Assembly: GCA_944323535.1 (NCBI GenBank)
Contig: CALUSW010000001.1
Location: forward strand, 7,300-71,299
Origin: Candidatus Gastranaerophilales bacterium
GTDB taxonomy: Bacteria; Cyanobacteriota; Vampirovibrionia; Gastranaerophilales; Gastranaerophilaceae
Direction of reading: 5' to 3'
Length of the DNA stretch: 64,000 nucleotides
Shown: positions 34,147 through 43,974 of the stretch, piece after piece
Layout: each line of letters opens with the position of its first letter
Numbering within the stretch: position 1 is the stretch's first letter
Notes under the pieces: generated by a model
The model's database searches: none
The model's input: the letters and a program-made list of their open reading frames with translations, nothing else
What the model was told of the DNA's origin: nothing
Translations under genes and position numbers: made by a program

Positions 34147-37032
34147 ATGCAGGATAAAAACTTTATATTAATAGACGGTCACGCTTTAGCTTACAGATAT
34201 TTTTTCGCGCTTGAAAGAACCGGTTTAAAGACCTCGGATAATCAGCCGACGTGGGCTGTATTCGGTTTTTTTAAAGCTTTGTTTGATTTATTGCAGAATG
34301 ATACAATAAAGCCTGATGCAATCGCCGTAGCATTTGACGTTTCAAGACATACATACAGAACAGAAATGTATGCGGAATATAAAGCAACAAGAGAAACCAT
34401 GCCTGATACGCTGAGAAGCCAGCTGCAGCTTATAATTGAAGGCTTGAATGCATTAAATATTCCCATTTATACAAAAGAGAACTACGAAGCAGATGATGTT
34501 ATAGGAACAATTGCTTCGAAAGCCAGACAAAAACAGCACAAAACTTATATTCTTACGGGCGATAGAGATTCTTTTCAGCTTGTAGACAGAGAGGGTTTTA
34601 TAAAAGTTATTGTCCCGTCAAAAGGAGAGCTGGTTGAATATGACTGGTATAAAGTATTTGATAAAATGGGAGTATACCCTTATCAGATTACGGATTATAA
34701 AGGCTTGAGCGGCGACAGTTCTGATAATATTCCGGGAATAAAAGGCATTGGTGAAAAGACGGCCTGCAAACTTTTGGGACGGTTTGATAAGCTTGAGCTG
34801 ATTTATGAAAATCTTGATAATATAACGGAAAAAGCTCTGCATAAAAAACTTGTTGAGGGTAAAGACATTGCTTTTTTAAGCAAAGAGCTTGCGACAATTC
34901 AAAAAAACCTTGATATAGACTATGATTTTGACTGTGCAAAACTTGAAATGCCTGATTTTGATGCGGTTATTGAGTTTTTCAAAAAAAATCAGTTTTATAA
35001 TTTTTTGAAAAATTCAGATAATATTTTAAAGCCGTTTAAAATTGCCTCCGTTAACGCAAGAACTGCACCGGGCTGTGAAGAACAAATGACTACAGGACAA
35101 AACACACAAGCTTCAAAACAGGGACAGCTGCAATTAGGGCTCGGTATCGGAGAAATACTTGTTAATACTTCGCATAAAGAATATAATCACGAAAAAAATA
35201 TTATTGATACGGAAGATAAACTTATTTCCTTGATAAATGAGTTAAATAAACAGACTTTATTTTCAATAGATGTTGAAACAACGGGAATTAATTCTCTTGA
35301 ATGTGATTTGGTCGGCATTTCAATTTCTTATTGTGCGCAAATTCAATCTAAAAATAACAGAGTTAAAATAAATACAGCGGAAAGTGATTTGGTAAAATCA
35401 TATTATATTCCGGTTTTTCATCAGGTGGGAAAACAGCTTGATTTAGAAATTGTAACAGAAAAGCTTGCACCGGTTCTTGCAAATGAATATATTGCAAAGA
35501 CACTTCAAAATGCCAAATTTGATTATCAGGTTTTAAAACACCATAAAATGCCGTTGAAGAACATTATATTTGATACAATGCTTGCAAGCTATATAAAAGA
35601 CTCATCAAGAAAGCACGGACTTAAACAACAGGCAAGCGATTATCTTAATTATATGATGGTAGAATATGAACAATTATTAAAAAACAGCTCTTCATCTCTT
35701 ACAATTGAAACGGTCAGTATCGAAGATGCCGCCTCTTATGCCTGCGATGACTCCTTTGCAACCTTACTTTTGACAAAATACTGGCAGGAAAATCTTGACG
35801 AAAAAGAACTTGACCTATTATATAAAATAGAGGTTCCCCTCTGTCTTGTGCTTGCACAAATGGAAGAAAACGGTGCAAGTATTGATGTCGGGTACCTTAA
35901 AGTTATTGATAAAGAAATTCAGGAAAAACTGGATATAATAGAAAATAAAATATATGAAGAAGCCGGAGAAAAATTTAATATTAATTCTCCGAAGCAGGTT
36001 GGAGAAATACTTTTCGGCAAATTAAATTTAAAAGCAAAAGGAATGAGAGCAAAAACAGGTTTTTCAACAAGTGCAAAGGTTCTTGAGAACCTTGCCGAAG
36101 AAAACCAAATAGCCAAAGATATTTTAGAACAGCGTCACCTTGCAAAACTGAAAAGTACTTATGTTGAATCCCTTCCTGCATTGATAAGTCCTTATGACGG
36201 AAGAATTCACACAAGTTTTAACCAGACAATAACTTCAACGGGAAGATTATCCTCTTCAAACCCTAATTTGCAGAATATTCCGATAAGAACAGCCCTTGGC
36301 AACAGAATAAGAGGAGCTTTTACAGCTCAGGACAAAGATAATTTTATTATATCTGCCGACTACTCCCAAATTGAGTTAAGGCTGCTTGCTCATATTTCCA
36401 GAGATGATAATTTAATTGAAGATTTCTGTAATGATGAAGATATCCATACTGCAACGGCAAGTAAAGTTTTCGGCATTCCTGCAGAAGAAGTTACAAAAGA
36501 AATGCGCTCGCGGGCTAAAGCGGTAAATTTCGGTATTGTATACGGACAATCAAGATACGGACTGGCGTCAAGTCTTGGCATTTCGCCATTTGAAGCACAA
36601 GATTTTATAGACAGATATTTTAAAACATATCCCGGAGTAAAAAATTATATGGATGAAACAATAAAATTTGCTTATGCACATGGATATGTTGAAACCCTCT
36701 ACGGAAGAAAACGATATTTGAGCTCCGGACTATTAAGCACTAATGCAAAAATACAAGAAGCGGCACAGCGTGCAGCCATTAATGCCCCTATTCAGGGAAC
36801 GGCTGCTGATGTCATAAAACTTGCAATGGTAAGACTTCAAAATGACTTTATAAAAAATAACATTAAATCTAAAATAATCATACAAGTGCATGATGAACTT
36901 GTAATAGAAACGATAAATACTGAAATAGAAGAGGTAAAAGAATTAACAAAAAAAGCGATGGAATTAGATCAGCCGTTTCTTGTTCCGTTAAAAATAGATA
37001 TGTACACGGGTAAATCCTGGATGGAGATTTGA
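34147..37032 (+). CDS. polA: DNA polymerase I (5'-3' exonuclease, 3'-5' exonuclease-like and polymerase domains)
   Basis: ILIDGHALAYRYFFA, GDSSDNIPGIKGIGEKTA, DYSQIELRLLAH, AKAVNFGIVYG, QVHDELV. Confidence 0.97.
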   Translation: MQDKNFILIDGHALAYRYFFALERTGLKTSDNQPTWAVFGFFKALFDLLQNDTIKPDAIAVAFDVSRHTYRTEMYAEYKATRETMPDTLRSQLQLIIEGLNALNIPIYTKENYEADDVIGTIASKARQKQHKTYILTGDRDSFQLVDREGFIKVIVPSKGELVEYDWYKVFDKMGVYPYQITDYKGLSGDSSDNIPGIKGIGEKTACKLLGRFDKLELIYENLDNITEKALHKKLVEGKDIAFLSKELATIQKNLDIDYDFDCAKLEMPDFDAVIEFFKKNQFYNFLKNSDNILKPFKIASVNARTAPGCEEQMTTGQNTQASKQGQLQLGLGIGEILVNTSHKEYNHEKNIIDTEDKLISLINELNKQTLFSIDVETTGINSLECDLVGISISYCAQIQSKNNRVKINTAESDLVKSYYIPVFHQVGKQLDLEIVTEKLAPVLANEYIAKTLQNAKFDYQVLKHHKMPLKNIIFDTMLASYIKDSSRKHGLKQQASDYLNYMMVEYEQLLKNSSSSLTIETVSIEDAASYACDDSFATLLLTKYWQENLDEKELDLLYKIEVPLCLVLAQMEENGASIDVGYLKVIDKEIQEKLDIIENKIYEEAGEKFNINSPKQVGEILFGKLNLKAKGMRAKTGFSTSAKVLENLAEENQIAKDILEQRHLAKLKSTYVESLPALISPYDGRIHTSFNQTITSTGRLSSSNPNLQNIPIRTALGNRIRGAFTAQDKDNFIISADYSQIELRLLAHISRDDNLIEDFCNDEDIHTATASKVFGIPAEEVTKEMRSRAKAVNFGIVYGQSRYGLASSLGISPFEAQDFIDRYFKTYPGVKNYMDETIKFAYAHGYVETLYGRKRYLSSGLLSTNAKIQEAAQRAAINAPIQGTAADVIKLAMVRLQNDFIKNNIKSKIIIQVHDELVIETINTEIEEVKELTKKAMELDQPFLVPLKIDMYTGKSWMEI

Positions 37033-37442
37033 TGAAAAAATTTTTTCTGTCTTTATTGTTAATATTGTTAGTGTTTGTTATACCGCAGACAGTTTCGGCG
37101 AATAGTGCAGCACCTGTAAATACTACTATTAAAACACTTCCTAATACGGTAGAATTTGCAAAAACATATAAAACTTCCTCCGAAAATTTGCTGTATCTGC
37201 TTTTGTCTGCAATAAACGAACATAATTATTCAATCGAAGAAATACAGTTTAAGACAGGAAGTGTTCTGTTTAAAGCATATACGAAAGAATTCATTGCTTC
37301 TGTTTCAGCTAAAGACGGATATAATTCTTTTATAAAAATTATTCCGGCAGACAATAACTATAATTTTTCTCCTTCATTAATACAAAAACTTCATACTTAT
37401 ATAGAGAATAATAACTCAATTTCTTTCCAGAAAATATTATAA
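37029..37442 (+). CDS. Hypothetical secreted protein
   Basis: Start overlaps the polA stop (ATGA). Signal peptide MMKKFFLSLLLILLVFVIPQTVSA. Confidence 0.6.
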   Translation: MMKKFFLSLLLILLVFVIPQTVSANSAAPVNTTIKTLPNTVEFAKTYKTSSENLLYLLLSAINEHNYSIEEIQFKTGSVLFKAYTKEFIASVSAKDGYNSFIKIIPADNNYNFSPSLIQKLHTYIENNNSISFQKIL

Positions 37443-37519
37443 GTTTTATTAAGAATTTTATTTGTACTCTGTAAATTTTTATGTATAAGACCCCTTTATA
37501 TATAAAAAGGGGTAAGGTT

Positions 37520-38407
37520 ATGAACATTAGCAGTATAAATAATATTCAAAATAATAATTCCACAGATATTTCAAAATCAGAAAAGAAGAAAAATAAAGGA
37601 ACTTTTAAAGCTATTGCAGCGGGAAGTGCTGCTTCAGCCGTATTGATGCCTATAAATTCTCTCGCATTAACAGGTATGCAAAAAATTCCAAAAACGTTAT
37701 CAAAAGAGCAAATTCAAATGATAAATGATGCTGCGGATAAAATTATAGAAACATCAGGACTTGCTGCAAAAGGCGTAAAAATAGATAATGTATCCGGAGT
37801 AATAAATTTTTCAATGTTTCCCGATTCTGTATATGCCCAGATAGACCCGTATTTTGCAATATCAGAAGGCAAAAATGCCGGCTTTCTGACTAAAAATGCC
37901 AAAAATAAACTAACCGGAGAAATCGTTCATAATAAAAATACAATTCTGGTAAACAAAGAAAAATTGCCGAATGCAGTTTTTCATGAAATAGGACATGCAT
38001 TTAACAAAAACAGTTCCAAAATATGGAAAGTTGTACAAAAAATGAGAATTCCCGCAATAATGATTGCGGCAGGGCTTATGTTATTTTCGGCATTTACAAA
38101 AAAAGCTGAAAACGAAGACGGACAAGAACTTACAAAAGCACAAAAAACAAAGAATTTTGTAAGAAAACATTCAGGTATTCTTGCTTTTACTGCAATGCTT
38201 CCGGTTGTAGGAGAAGAAATAATGGCCTCCGTAAGAGGCTGTAAATGGGCAAATGCAAATTTGCCGAAAGAATTGGCAAAAAAAATAAAAACAACAAATG
38301 TATTCGGAGGAATAACATATATACTTGCTGCTGCAGGTATAGGGCTAGCTGCTCATTTTGCAACAAAAGTTAAAGATAGTGCTGTTGATAAAGCAAATGA
38401 AAAATAA
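37520..38407 (+). CDS. Hypothetical membrane protein with an HExxH motif
   Basis: Start moved to ATG 37520, which has a G-rich RBS-like tract (AAGGGGTAAGG) just upstream. VFHEIGHAF is followed by at least three hydrophobic segments. Confidence 0.6.
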   Translation: MNISSINNIQNNNSTDISKSEKKKNKGTFKAIAAGSAASAVLMPINSLALTGMQKIPKTLSKEQIQMINDAADKIIETSGLAAKGVKIDNVSGVINFSMFPDSVYAQIDPYFAISEGKNAGFLTKNAKNKLTGEIVHNKNTILVNKEKLPNAVFHEIGHAFNKNSSKIWKVVQKMRIPAIMIAAGLMLFSAFTKKAENEDGQELTKAQKTKNFVRKHSGILAFTAMLPVVGEEIMASVRGCKWANANLPKELAKKIKTTNVFGGITYILAAAGIGLAAHFATKVKDSAVDKANEK

Positions 38408-38433
38408 AAAAGAGTCCAAAAGGACTCTTTTTT
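38407..38433. terminator. Bidirectional intrinsic terminator
   Basis: AAAAAGAGTCC / GGACTCTTTTT hairpin between convergent genes. Confidence 0.75.
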
Positions 38434-39895
38434 ATTGTGTATCTCCGACTTTATGAACCCTTATTGTATTTATTTTTCCGGTAATAAGTTTAGGAACGGA
38501 GTTTACTATAATTATATTATCTCCATTTTTAAACCAGGTGCGGTTAATCAGAAGATTATCTATTTTCTTAAATAATGCTTCATCAAGAATGCTGTTGCAC
38601 TCTTTATCAACATAAGTATAAATATCCCAGAAAAGACTTAATCTTCTTGCCGTTGTTTTAGAATTTGTAACAACAATTATAGGAACCGAGGGTTTTAACT
38701 TTGAAATCATCGGCGGAGTATAGCCCCATTCTGAAAATATTAAAATTCCTTTTGCTTTGAGTTTTTTTGATAGATTAACAGCACTGTTTGAAATAGCCTG
38801 AGCAACGGGGTCCAGTTCCGAAATCAGATCAACATCATAATCCGTTCTTAGAAACGGGCTTTTTTCTACTGCTCTTGAGATAGTTGCCATCATTTCTACG
38901 GCTTCAATCGGATATTCTCCTGCGGCAGTTTCACCTGATAACATGATTGCATCGGTACCGTCATATATTGCATTAGCTACGTCGCTGGCTTCGGCTCTTG
39001 TCGGAATAGGTTCTTCCATCATAGATTCAAGCATTTGAGTTGCTACAATACAGGGCTTTTTATGTTCATTTGTAAGCTGGATAATTCTTTTCTGAGCAAT
39101 TGGCACTTCCTGCGGAGACATTTCTATACCAAGATCTCCTCTTGCTACCATTATGCCGTCTGCCGCCTTAACTATTTCTTCAAGATTTTCTACTGCCTGC
39201 GGTTTTTCTATTTTGGCAATAATAGGAATTTCTCTGTCTCCGTATGCTTTTGTAAAATATTTTGCGCACTTAACATCTTCAGCAGTTCTTACAAAAGACA
39301 GTGCAAGATAGTCCGCATTCTGCTCAATTGCGAATTTTATAAATTCTTTATCCCTCGGAGTTACTGCCTCCAGACTGGATTGTGCTCCGGGAAGATTTAT
39401 ACCTTTTCTCGGTTTTATAAGATTTCCGTGTTCTACAATCGTATATACTTTTGAATCCTTTACTTTTGTAACCCGGAGACCGACTCTTCCGTCATCCATT
39501 AAGATTTTTTCGCCGACAGTTACATCATTTGCAATTCCTTCATAGTCAACAGGAATTATTCCGTCTGTTTGGTCTTTTCTGTGTTCAAGAACAATTTCCT
39601 GTCCCTTTTCGATTTTAACGGGTTCATTTAATAGCCCGACTCTTATTTTAGGACCCTGAAGATCAATTAAAACAGGCAGATTCTTGTTCATTTCCTTTTC
39701 AATATCTCTTATCATTTTTATTTTTTCTGCATGTTCTTTTTTCTCTCCGTGGGAAGTATTAATTCTAAATACTGTAACACCGGCCTCAACAAGCTTCTTT
39801 ATTGTTTCATAGTCACCTGTAGATGGACCTAATGTCGCTATTATTTTGGTTTTTGTTCTTTTTCTTTTCTTTTGTCCGTTTTCTGTTTCTTCCAT
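38432..39895 (-). CDS. pyk: Pyruvate kinase
   Basis: KIIATLGPST, FRINTSHG, IAKIEK, MVARGDLGIE, MLESM. Start taken at MEETENG (39895), because the longer ORF would overlap lpdA. Confidence 0.95.
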   Translation of the reverse strand: MEETENGQKKRKRTKTKIIATLGPSTGDYETIKKLVEAGVTVFRINTSHGEKKEHAEKIKMIRDIEKEMNKNLPVLIDLQGPKIRVGLLNEPVKIEKGQEIVLEHRKDQTDGIIPVDYEGIANDVTVGEKILMDDGRVGLRVTKVKDSKVYTIVEHGNLIKPRKGINLPGAQSSLEAVTPRDKEFIKFAIEQNADYLALSFVRTAEDVKCAKYFTKAYGDREIPIIAKIEKPQAVENLEEIVKAADGIMVARGDLGIEMSPQEVPIAQKRIIQLTNEHKKPCIVATQMLESMMEEPIPTRAEASDVANAIYDGTDAIMLSGETAAGEYPIEAVEMMATISRAVEKSPFLRTDYDVDLISELDPVAQAISNSAVNLSKKLKAKGILIFSEWGYTPPMISKLKPSVPIIVVTNSKTTARRLSLFWDIYTYVDKECNSILDEALFKKIDNLLINRTWFKNGDNIIIVNSVPKLITGKINTIRVHKVGDTQ

Positions 39896-39917
39896 ATTTT
39901 TTTCTCTTTCTAATTTA

Positions 39918-41267
39918 TTATTGTTTCGGTAGGTGTATTGCTTTTTTATCAAGTGCCAATATGCTTTCAAGAACTCCTTCCGAATATGTCGGATGTGCAA
40001 AAATAACATTGCTTAATTTTTCAGGAGTTATTTTATTATTCATTGCTATAGCAATTTGTTCTATCATTGCGCTTGCTTCTTCAGATATTATGTGTGCACC
40101 TAAAATTTCATCTTCGGATGCCAAAATTTTTATAAAACCTTCTATATTGCCGTCTGCATATGCTTTTCCTAATGCAGAAACAGGGAATAATGACTTCTTA
40201 TATTTGATATTTGCATTAATTAATTCTTGTTCAGTCTTACCAATTGAAGCAATTTCCGGCGTTCCATATATAACAGACGGGACTATATCTCTGTTAAATT
40301 TTGGACAATTACCCTCTAAAATGTATTCAATAACATCTTCAGCTTGTTTCATCGCGCTGTGTGCAAGCATAGATTGCCCGTTCACATCTCCTATCGCAAA
40401 TATATTTTCTATATTAGTTTTAAATCCGCAGTCCGTATTAATATATTTTTTAATTTCAAGATTTTCTGAGAAATATCCAAAATCAATATCTGGCAGTCTG
40501 CCGGCACCAAGTAATATACAATCGGGTTCTATAGTTTTTCCGTTCGATAATGTTACTGTTTTATTATCTATTCTTATTATAGTTGTTGATGTATAAAAAT
40601 CTGTTCTGCTTTTTTTTAGCAATCTGGAAACTCTTTCACTTACTTCAAAATCAGCGGCTGGAATTATTCTATCCTGCATTTCCGTAAGATATACTTTTAC
40701 TCCTAAAGCGGAAAATATCCTTGTCCACTCTATGCCTATTGCACCGGAGCCGACTATTAATATTGACGAAGGCAATTGATTTATATTTAATATATCATCC
40801 GATGATAATACAAAATCTTTATCATAATTGCCTTCAAATTTTATTATATTTGGTTTTGAACCTGATGCTATAATTATATTTTTTACTTCAAATTCGCCTG
40901 ATTGAGTTTTTATAATATGTTCAGATTTAATTTCCGCTTTTTCTTCTATGATTGTAATTTCATAGCTTTTTATCAGATTTGTGAGGGATTTTCGGATTTT
41001 CTCACTGACTGTTTTTTGTCTTTCCCATATTTTTTCAAAATTAAAAGATATATTTTGCGCATTTATACCAAACTTTTCTGCATTTTTAAACTCGGAAAAT
41101 AACCTGCAGGAATGAAGTATTGCTTTTGTAGGAATGCAGCCTCTATTCAAACAGGTGCCCCCTATTTGATTTTTTTCGAATAATATTACTTTTAATCCGT
41201 ATTGACTTGCTCTTATTGCTGCCGCATAACCGGCCGGCCCGGCACCTATAATCCCTATATCAAACAT
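39918..41267 (-). CDS. lpdA: Dihydrolipoyl dehydrogenase
   Basis: IIGAGPAGYAAA, redox-active GGTCLNRGCIPTK, IVGSGAIGIE, C-terminal HAHPTYSE. Confidence 0.9.
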   Translation of the reverse strand: MFDIGIIGAGPAGYAAAIRASQYGLKVILFEKNQIGGTCLNRGCIPTKAILHSCRLFSEFKNAEKFGINAQNISFNFEKIWERQKTVSEKIRKSLTNLIKSYEITIIEEKAEIKSEHIIKTQSGEFEVKNIIIASGSKPNIIKFEGNYDKDFVLSSDDILNINQLPSSILIVGSGAIGIEWTRIFSALGVKVYLTEMQDRIIPAADFEVSERVSRLLKKSRTDFYTSTTIIRIDNKTVTLSNGKTIEPDCILLGAGRLPDIDFGYFSENLEIKKYINTDCGFKTNIENIFAIGDVNGQSMLAHSAMKQAEDVIEYILEGNCPKFNRDIVPSVIYGTPEIASIGKTEQELINANIKYKKSLFPVSALGKAYADGNIEGFIKILASEDEILGAHIISEEASAMIEQIAIAMNNKITPEKLSNVIFAHPTYSEGVLESILALDKKAIHLPKQ

Positions 41268-41372
41268 ATTATTCCTCTCTTCTTTGAATTATAAAATAAA
41301 AATTTCTTATTTTATACACATAATTTTTAATTTATTCTATTTATTTTTATTTAGCTAAATATAAATTAACTT

Positions 41373-41462
41373 GCCAGAACAAAATTTCACGATAAGCCGG
41401 AGGCGTAAGTGAATTTTTCTTCGGACAACATATAATATAAGTCGTATTTAAATGAAATTTCC
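41373..41462 (+). repeat. Intergenic hairpin repeat element, copy collinear with 62030-62143
   Basis: AAAATTTCAC (41381-41390), an 18-nt loop GATAAGCCGGAGGCGTAA, GTGAATTTTT (41409-41418), then CGGACAACATAT and GTCGTATTTAAATGAAATTTCC (41441-41462). The order and spacing match the 62-kb copy. Confidence 0.55.
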
Positions 41463-41537
41463 GATATTTTATTTAAACAATAAAAATTCAAATGTTACTC
41501 TTTATTGAATATCGGGTACTCTATTATAAGAGCATAA

Positions 41538-41566
41538 TTGCAAGTTTATAAAAAAAATGTTACAAT
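41538..41566 (+). promoter_or_regulatory. Putative sigma-70 promoter with extended -10
   Basis: TTGCAA (41538-41543), a 17-nt spacer ending in TGT, then TACAAT (41561-41566); about 30 nt upstream of the ytxH-like start. Confidence 0.4.
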
Positions 41567-41594
41567 TTGACACATAAAGTGAATGGAGGACAAA

Positions 41595-41906
41595 ATGTCA
41601 AAAGAAGACAGCTCAATCAGTTTTGGAGTTGGATTGCTGCTTGGTGTTGTAGGCGGTGTTATTGCTGCTGTTTTATATGCACCAAAATCCGGTGAAGAAA
41701 CAAGAAAAGATGTTGAAAATGTAATAACAGATATTGCCGAAAAATATACTCCGGAAATTAAAGAGGCTAAAAAACAGGCGCTTACACAAATTGATGTTAT
41801 GCGCTATCGTTTGGAACAGCAATACAATAAAATTAATGAAACAATTAAAGCAAAACAAATTGCTAAAGCTAAACAAAAAGAATCAACAGATTATGAAGTA
41901 AATTAG
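41595..41906 (+). CDS. YtxH domain protein
   Basis: GLLLGVVGGVIAAVLYAPKSGEETRKD signature. Start at ATG 41595 follows GGAGG. Confidence 0.75.
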   Translation: MSKEDSSISFGVGLLLGVVGGVIAAVLYAPKSGEETRKDVENVITDIAEKYTPEIKEAKKQALTQIDVMRYRLEQQYNKINETIKAKQIAKAKQKESTDYEVN

Positions 41907-41915
41907 GAGAAAATA

Positions 41916-42278
41916 ATGACACCTGTTTTAGAAGTTGTTATTGCCTCTTTAATAATAGTATTAATAATCGTTCTGGTTGTTATTACGGTTTTCCTTGTAA
42001 AATTTATTCAAGAAGCAACTTTAACAATGACAAGTATAAAAGAACTTACTGATGTAACAAGAAAAGAAATGGAACCTGCTTTAAAATCGGTAAATAATAT
42101 TTTAGCGACCGTGAGCAATGTCTCAACTGCCACAAATAAACAATTGGAGTTAATAAAGAAAATTCTTACAACACTTTTAGGTGCATCGTGTGTTGCTTTC
42201 GGTACAGTTAAAAATAAAGGCGGTTTTATAAGCGGACTTATAAGCGGTTTTAAAACATTTAGAAATAAAAGGAGATAA
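41916..42278 (+). CDS. DUF948-like membrane-anchored protein
   Basis: N-terminal TM helix followed by a helical region. Family call rests on architecture and context between the YtxH genes. Confidence 0.5.
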   Translation: MTPVLEVVIASLIIVLIIVLVVITVFLVKFIQEATLTMTSIKELTDVTRKEMEPALKSVNNILATVSNVSTATNKQLELIKKILTTLLGASCVAFGTVKNKGGFISGLISGFKTFRNKRR

Positions 42279-42280
42279 AA

Positions 42281-42550
42281 ATGTCAATAGGTAGATTTGT
42301 AGCCGGTTTTGCTATCGGCAGTATTGTAGGCGGTATAATAGGTATTCTCTTAGCTCCCCAGTCCGGTGAAGAAACGAGGGAAATGCTCTCGGATAAATCA
42401 AAAGAAATATGCGATAAAGCACATGATGCGGTTTCGGAAATACAGCATAAAGCTGACGGTATTGTAAGTGATATGCAGTCAAAAGGCGATGAACTTATTT
42501 CTAAACTTCAGGAAGTAATAAACAAACAAAAAAATACCGAAGAAGTTTAG
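42281..42550 (+). CDS. YtxH domain protein
   Basis: GFAIGSIVGGIIGILLAPQSGEETREML signature. Confidence 0.75.
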   Translation: MSIGRFVAGFAIGSIVGGIIGILLAPQSGEETREMLSDKSKEICDKAHDAVSEIQHKADGIVSDMQSKGDELISKLQEVINKQKNTEEV

Positions 42551-42570
42551 AAAATATGAAAAACATAGGA

Positions 42571-42605
42571 ATAATCCGGAAATATTTTTCCGGATTATTT
42601 TTTAA
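42571..42605 (+). terminator. Intrinsic terminator
   Basis: AATAATCCGGAAA / TTTCCGGATTATT hairpin followed by TTTT. Confidence 0.75.
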
Positions 42606-42667
42606 TTGAAATTATTTATCCTTCATCAGATAATATAAACGTAAATAACAAAAAGAGGATTTTTAAA

Positions 42668-43903
42668 ATGACAGAAACAATGGTATCAAATGTCAGCTTA
42701 AAAGTTGATATGTCAAATCTTGGCAAATACAGCGAAAATGCTAAAAATGCAGTTGAGGATATAAAACAAAGAGCAGGGAAACAGGGACAATTTCTAAATT
42801 GGATTGGATTTCTTCCTCAAAATCAGATTAATAATATTGATAATCTCTATGAATTGGCGGAAAAAGCAAAAGATAACAAATATACTGATTTAGCAATTCT
42901 TGGTATCGGCGGGTCAAGGCATACTACTGAGTCTTTGATAAGAATGATTGGTAAAGAAGCTAATGTTCATTTTTACTCTTCAGTAGACTCCGAAAGTTTC
43001 AGAAGATTTATCAATTCTCTTGATTTATCGAAGACACAATTTCTTGTAGTATCAAAATCTGGCGGTACAATAGAAACAACTGTAGCATATGAAAATGCAA
43101 GAAAAGTAATGCAGGAATATCTTGAAAAAGATGATGTTTCCGATAGATTTATTGCAATGACAGATATTTCAAGCGAAAAAAGCAATCTGAGAAAACATGT
43201 AAATGCCGGTGATATAAAGCTATCAGGTCTTGTACATGACGATGTCGGCGGAAGATTTTCTATTTTTGATGATGCTACAATTTTTACTCTGGCCTATGCA
43301 GGAGTTCCGAAAGAAGATGTAATTGCAATGCTTAACGCATCTTTAAAAGCACAACAGGAATTTTTAAATCCGGATATTAATTCAAATATGGCGCTGCAGC
43401 AGGCTGCATTCAATGTTCAATCAAGATTGGACGGAAATCAAAAACATTTTGTAGAATACTTCGGAGATGCTTTCCAAGGCACAACTTTATGGGAAAAACA
43501 ATTAAAGAATGAATCTTTAAAAGCAAGAATTTCAACAGATACAAATGTAGGTCCGGGATATCTGCACTATAATGCTGAAGCAGACTTAGACAGTGCAAAT
43601 AAAGATTCTTTCTTCACTTTTGTATATGTTACTCCTCAGGAAAAAGTAACAAAAGCTGTTTTAGAAGGGGTTATAAGTGCTTATTCAAATATGCATCCGG
43701 TTTCGGTTGTCGAGCTTAAAGACTTATCTTTAACAACTCTAGCTGAATTTATTGAGTTTAAGCATTTTGAAACTCTTTATACAGGCAATATTCTAAGACA
43801 AATTGACGGGGATATAACATCCATTGAGAATGCACTTCCGGAAGTATTACAGCCGAATGTTGAAATATACAAAAAAGAAGTCAGAAAAGCAATGGCAAAA
43901 TAA
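42668..43903 (+). CDS. pgi: Glucose-6-phosphate isomerase (short form)
   Basis: ILGIGGSRHTTESL, VVSKSGGTIET, VGGRFSIF are SIS/PGI signatures. At 411 aa it is shorter than typical PGI. Confidence 0.75.
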   Translation: MTETMVSNVSLKVDMSNLGKYSENAKNAVEDIKQRAGKQGQFLNWIGFLPQNQINNIDNLYELAEKAKDNKYTDLAILGIGGSRHTTESLIRMIGKEANVHFYSSVDSESFRRFINSLDLSKTQFLVVSKSGGTIETTVAYENARKVMQEYLEKDDVSDRFIAMTDISSEKSNLRKHVNAGDIKLSGLVHDDVGGRFSIFDDATIFTLAYAGVPKEDVIAMLNASLKAQQEFLNPDINSNMALQQAAFNVQSRLDGNQKHFVEYFGDAFQGTTLWEKQLKNESLKARISTDTNVGPGYLHYNAEADLDSANKDSFFTFVYVTPQEKVTKAVLEGVISAYSNMHPVSVVELKDLSLTTLAEFIEFKHFETLYTGNILRQIDGDITSIENALPEVLQPNVEIYKKEVRKAMAK

Positions 43904-43913
43904 TAAATTAAAA

Positions 43914-43955
43914 ATACAACAAAAGAGGAAACATCTGTTTCCTCTTTTGTTGTAT
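43914..43955. terminator. Bidirectional terminator, 20-bp perfect stem
   Basis: ATACAACAAAAGAGGAAACA (43914-43933) pairs with TGTTTCCTCTTTTGTTGTAT (43936-43955). Confidence 0.75.
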
Positions 43956-43974
43956 ATAAAAATCAAATTAGATA

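Noticed and set aside
39896-40009. 38-aa N-terminal extension of pyruvate kinase in the ORF track; similar extensions exist for rnpA (44957-44983), cysK (4163-4207), the HD-GYP regulator (19175-19201) and the repeat protein (51002-51046)
   Set aside because: The extensions overlap the upstream gene or a hairpin and lack an RBS. Internal ATGs with good RBSs match the family N-termini.
39823-40596. 257-aa plus-strand ORF, together with other long antisense ORFs (3714-4235, 22324-22839, 27187-27705, 28808-29266, 49131-49637, 49750-50334, 49830-50363, 54834-55370, 61245-61730)
   Set aside because: All lie opposite well-supported genes (lpdA, cysK, M16 peptidase, copA, creD, the MazG-like gene, the repeat protein, the SpoIID-like gene, the kinase). 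Their translations are Ser/Phe/Leu-rich with no motifs, which marks them as shadow frames of AT-rich coding sequence.
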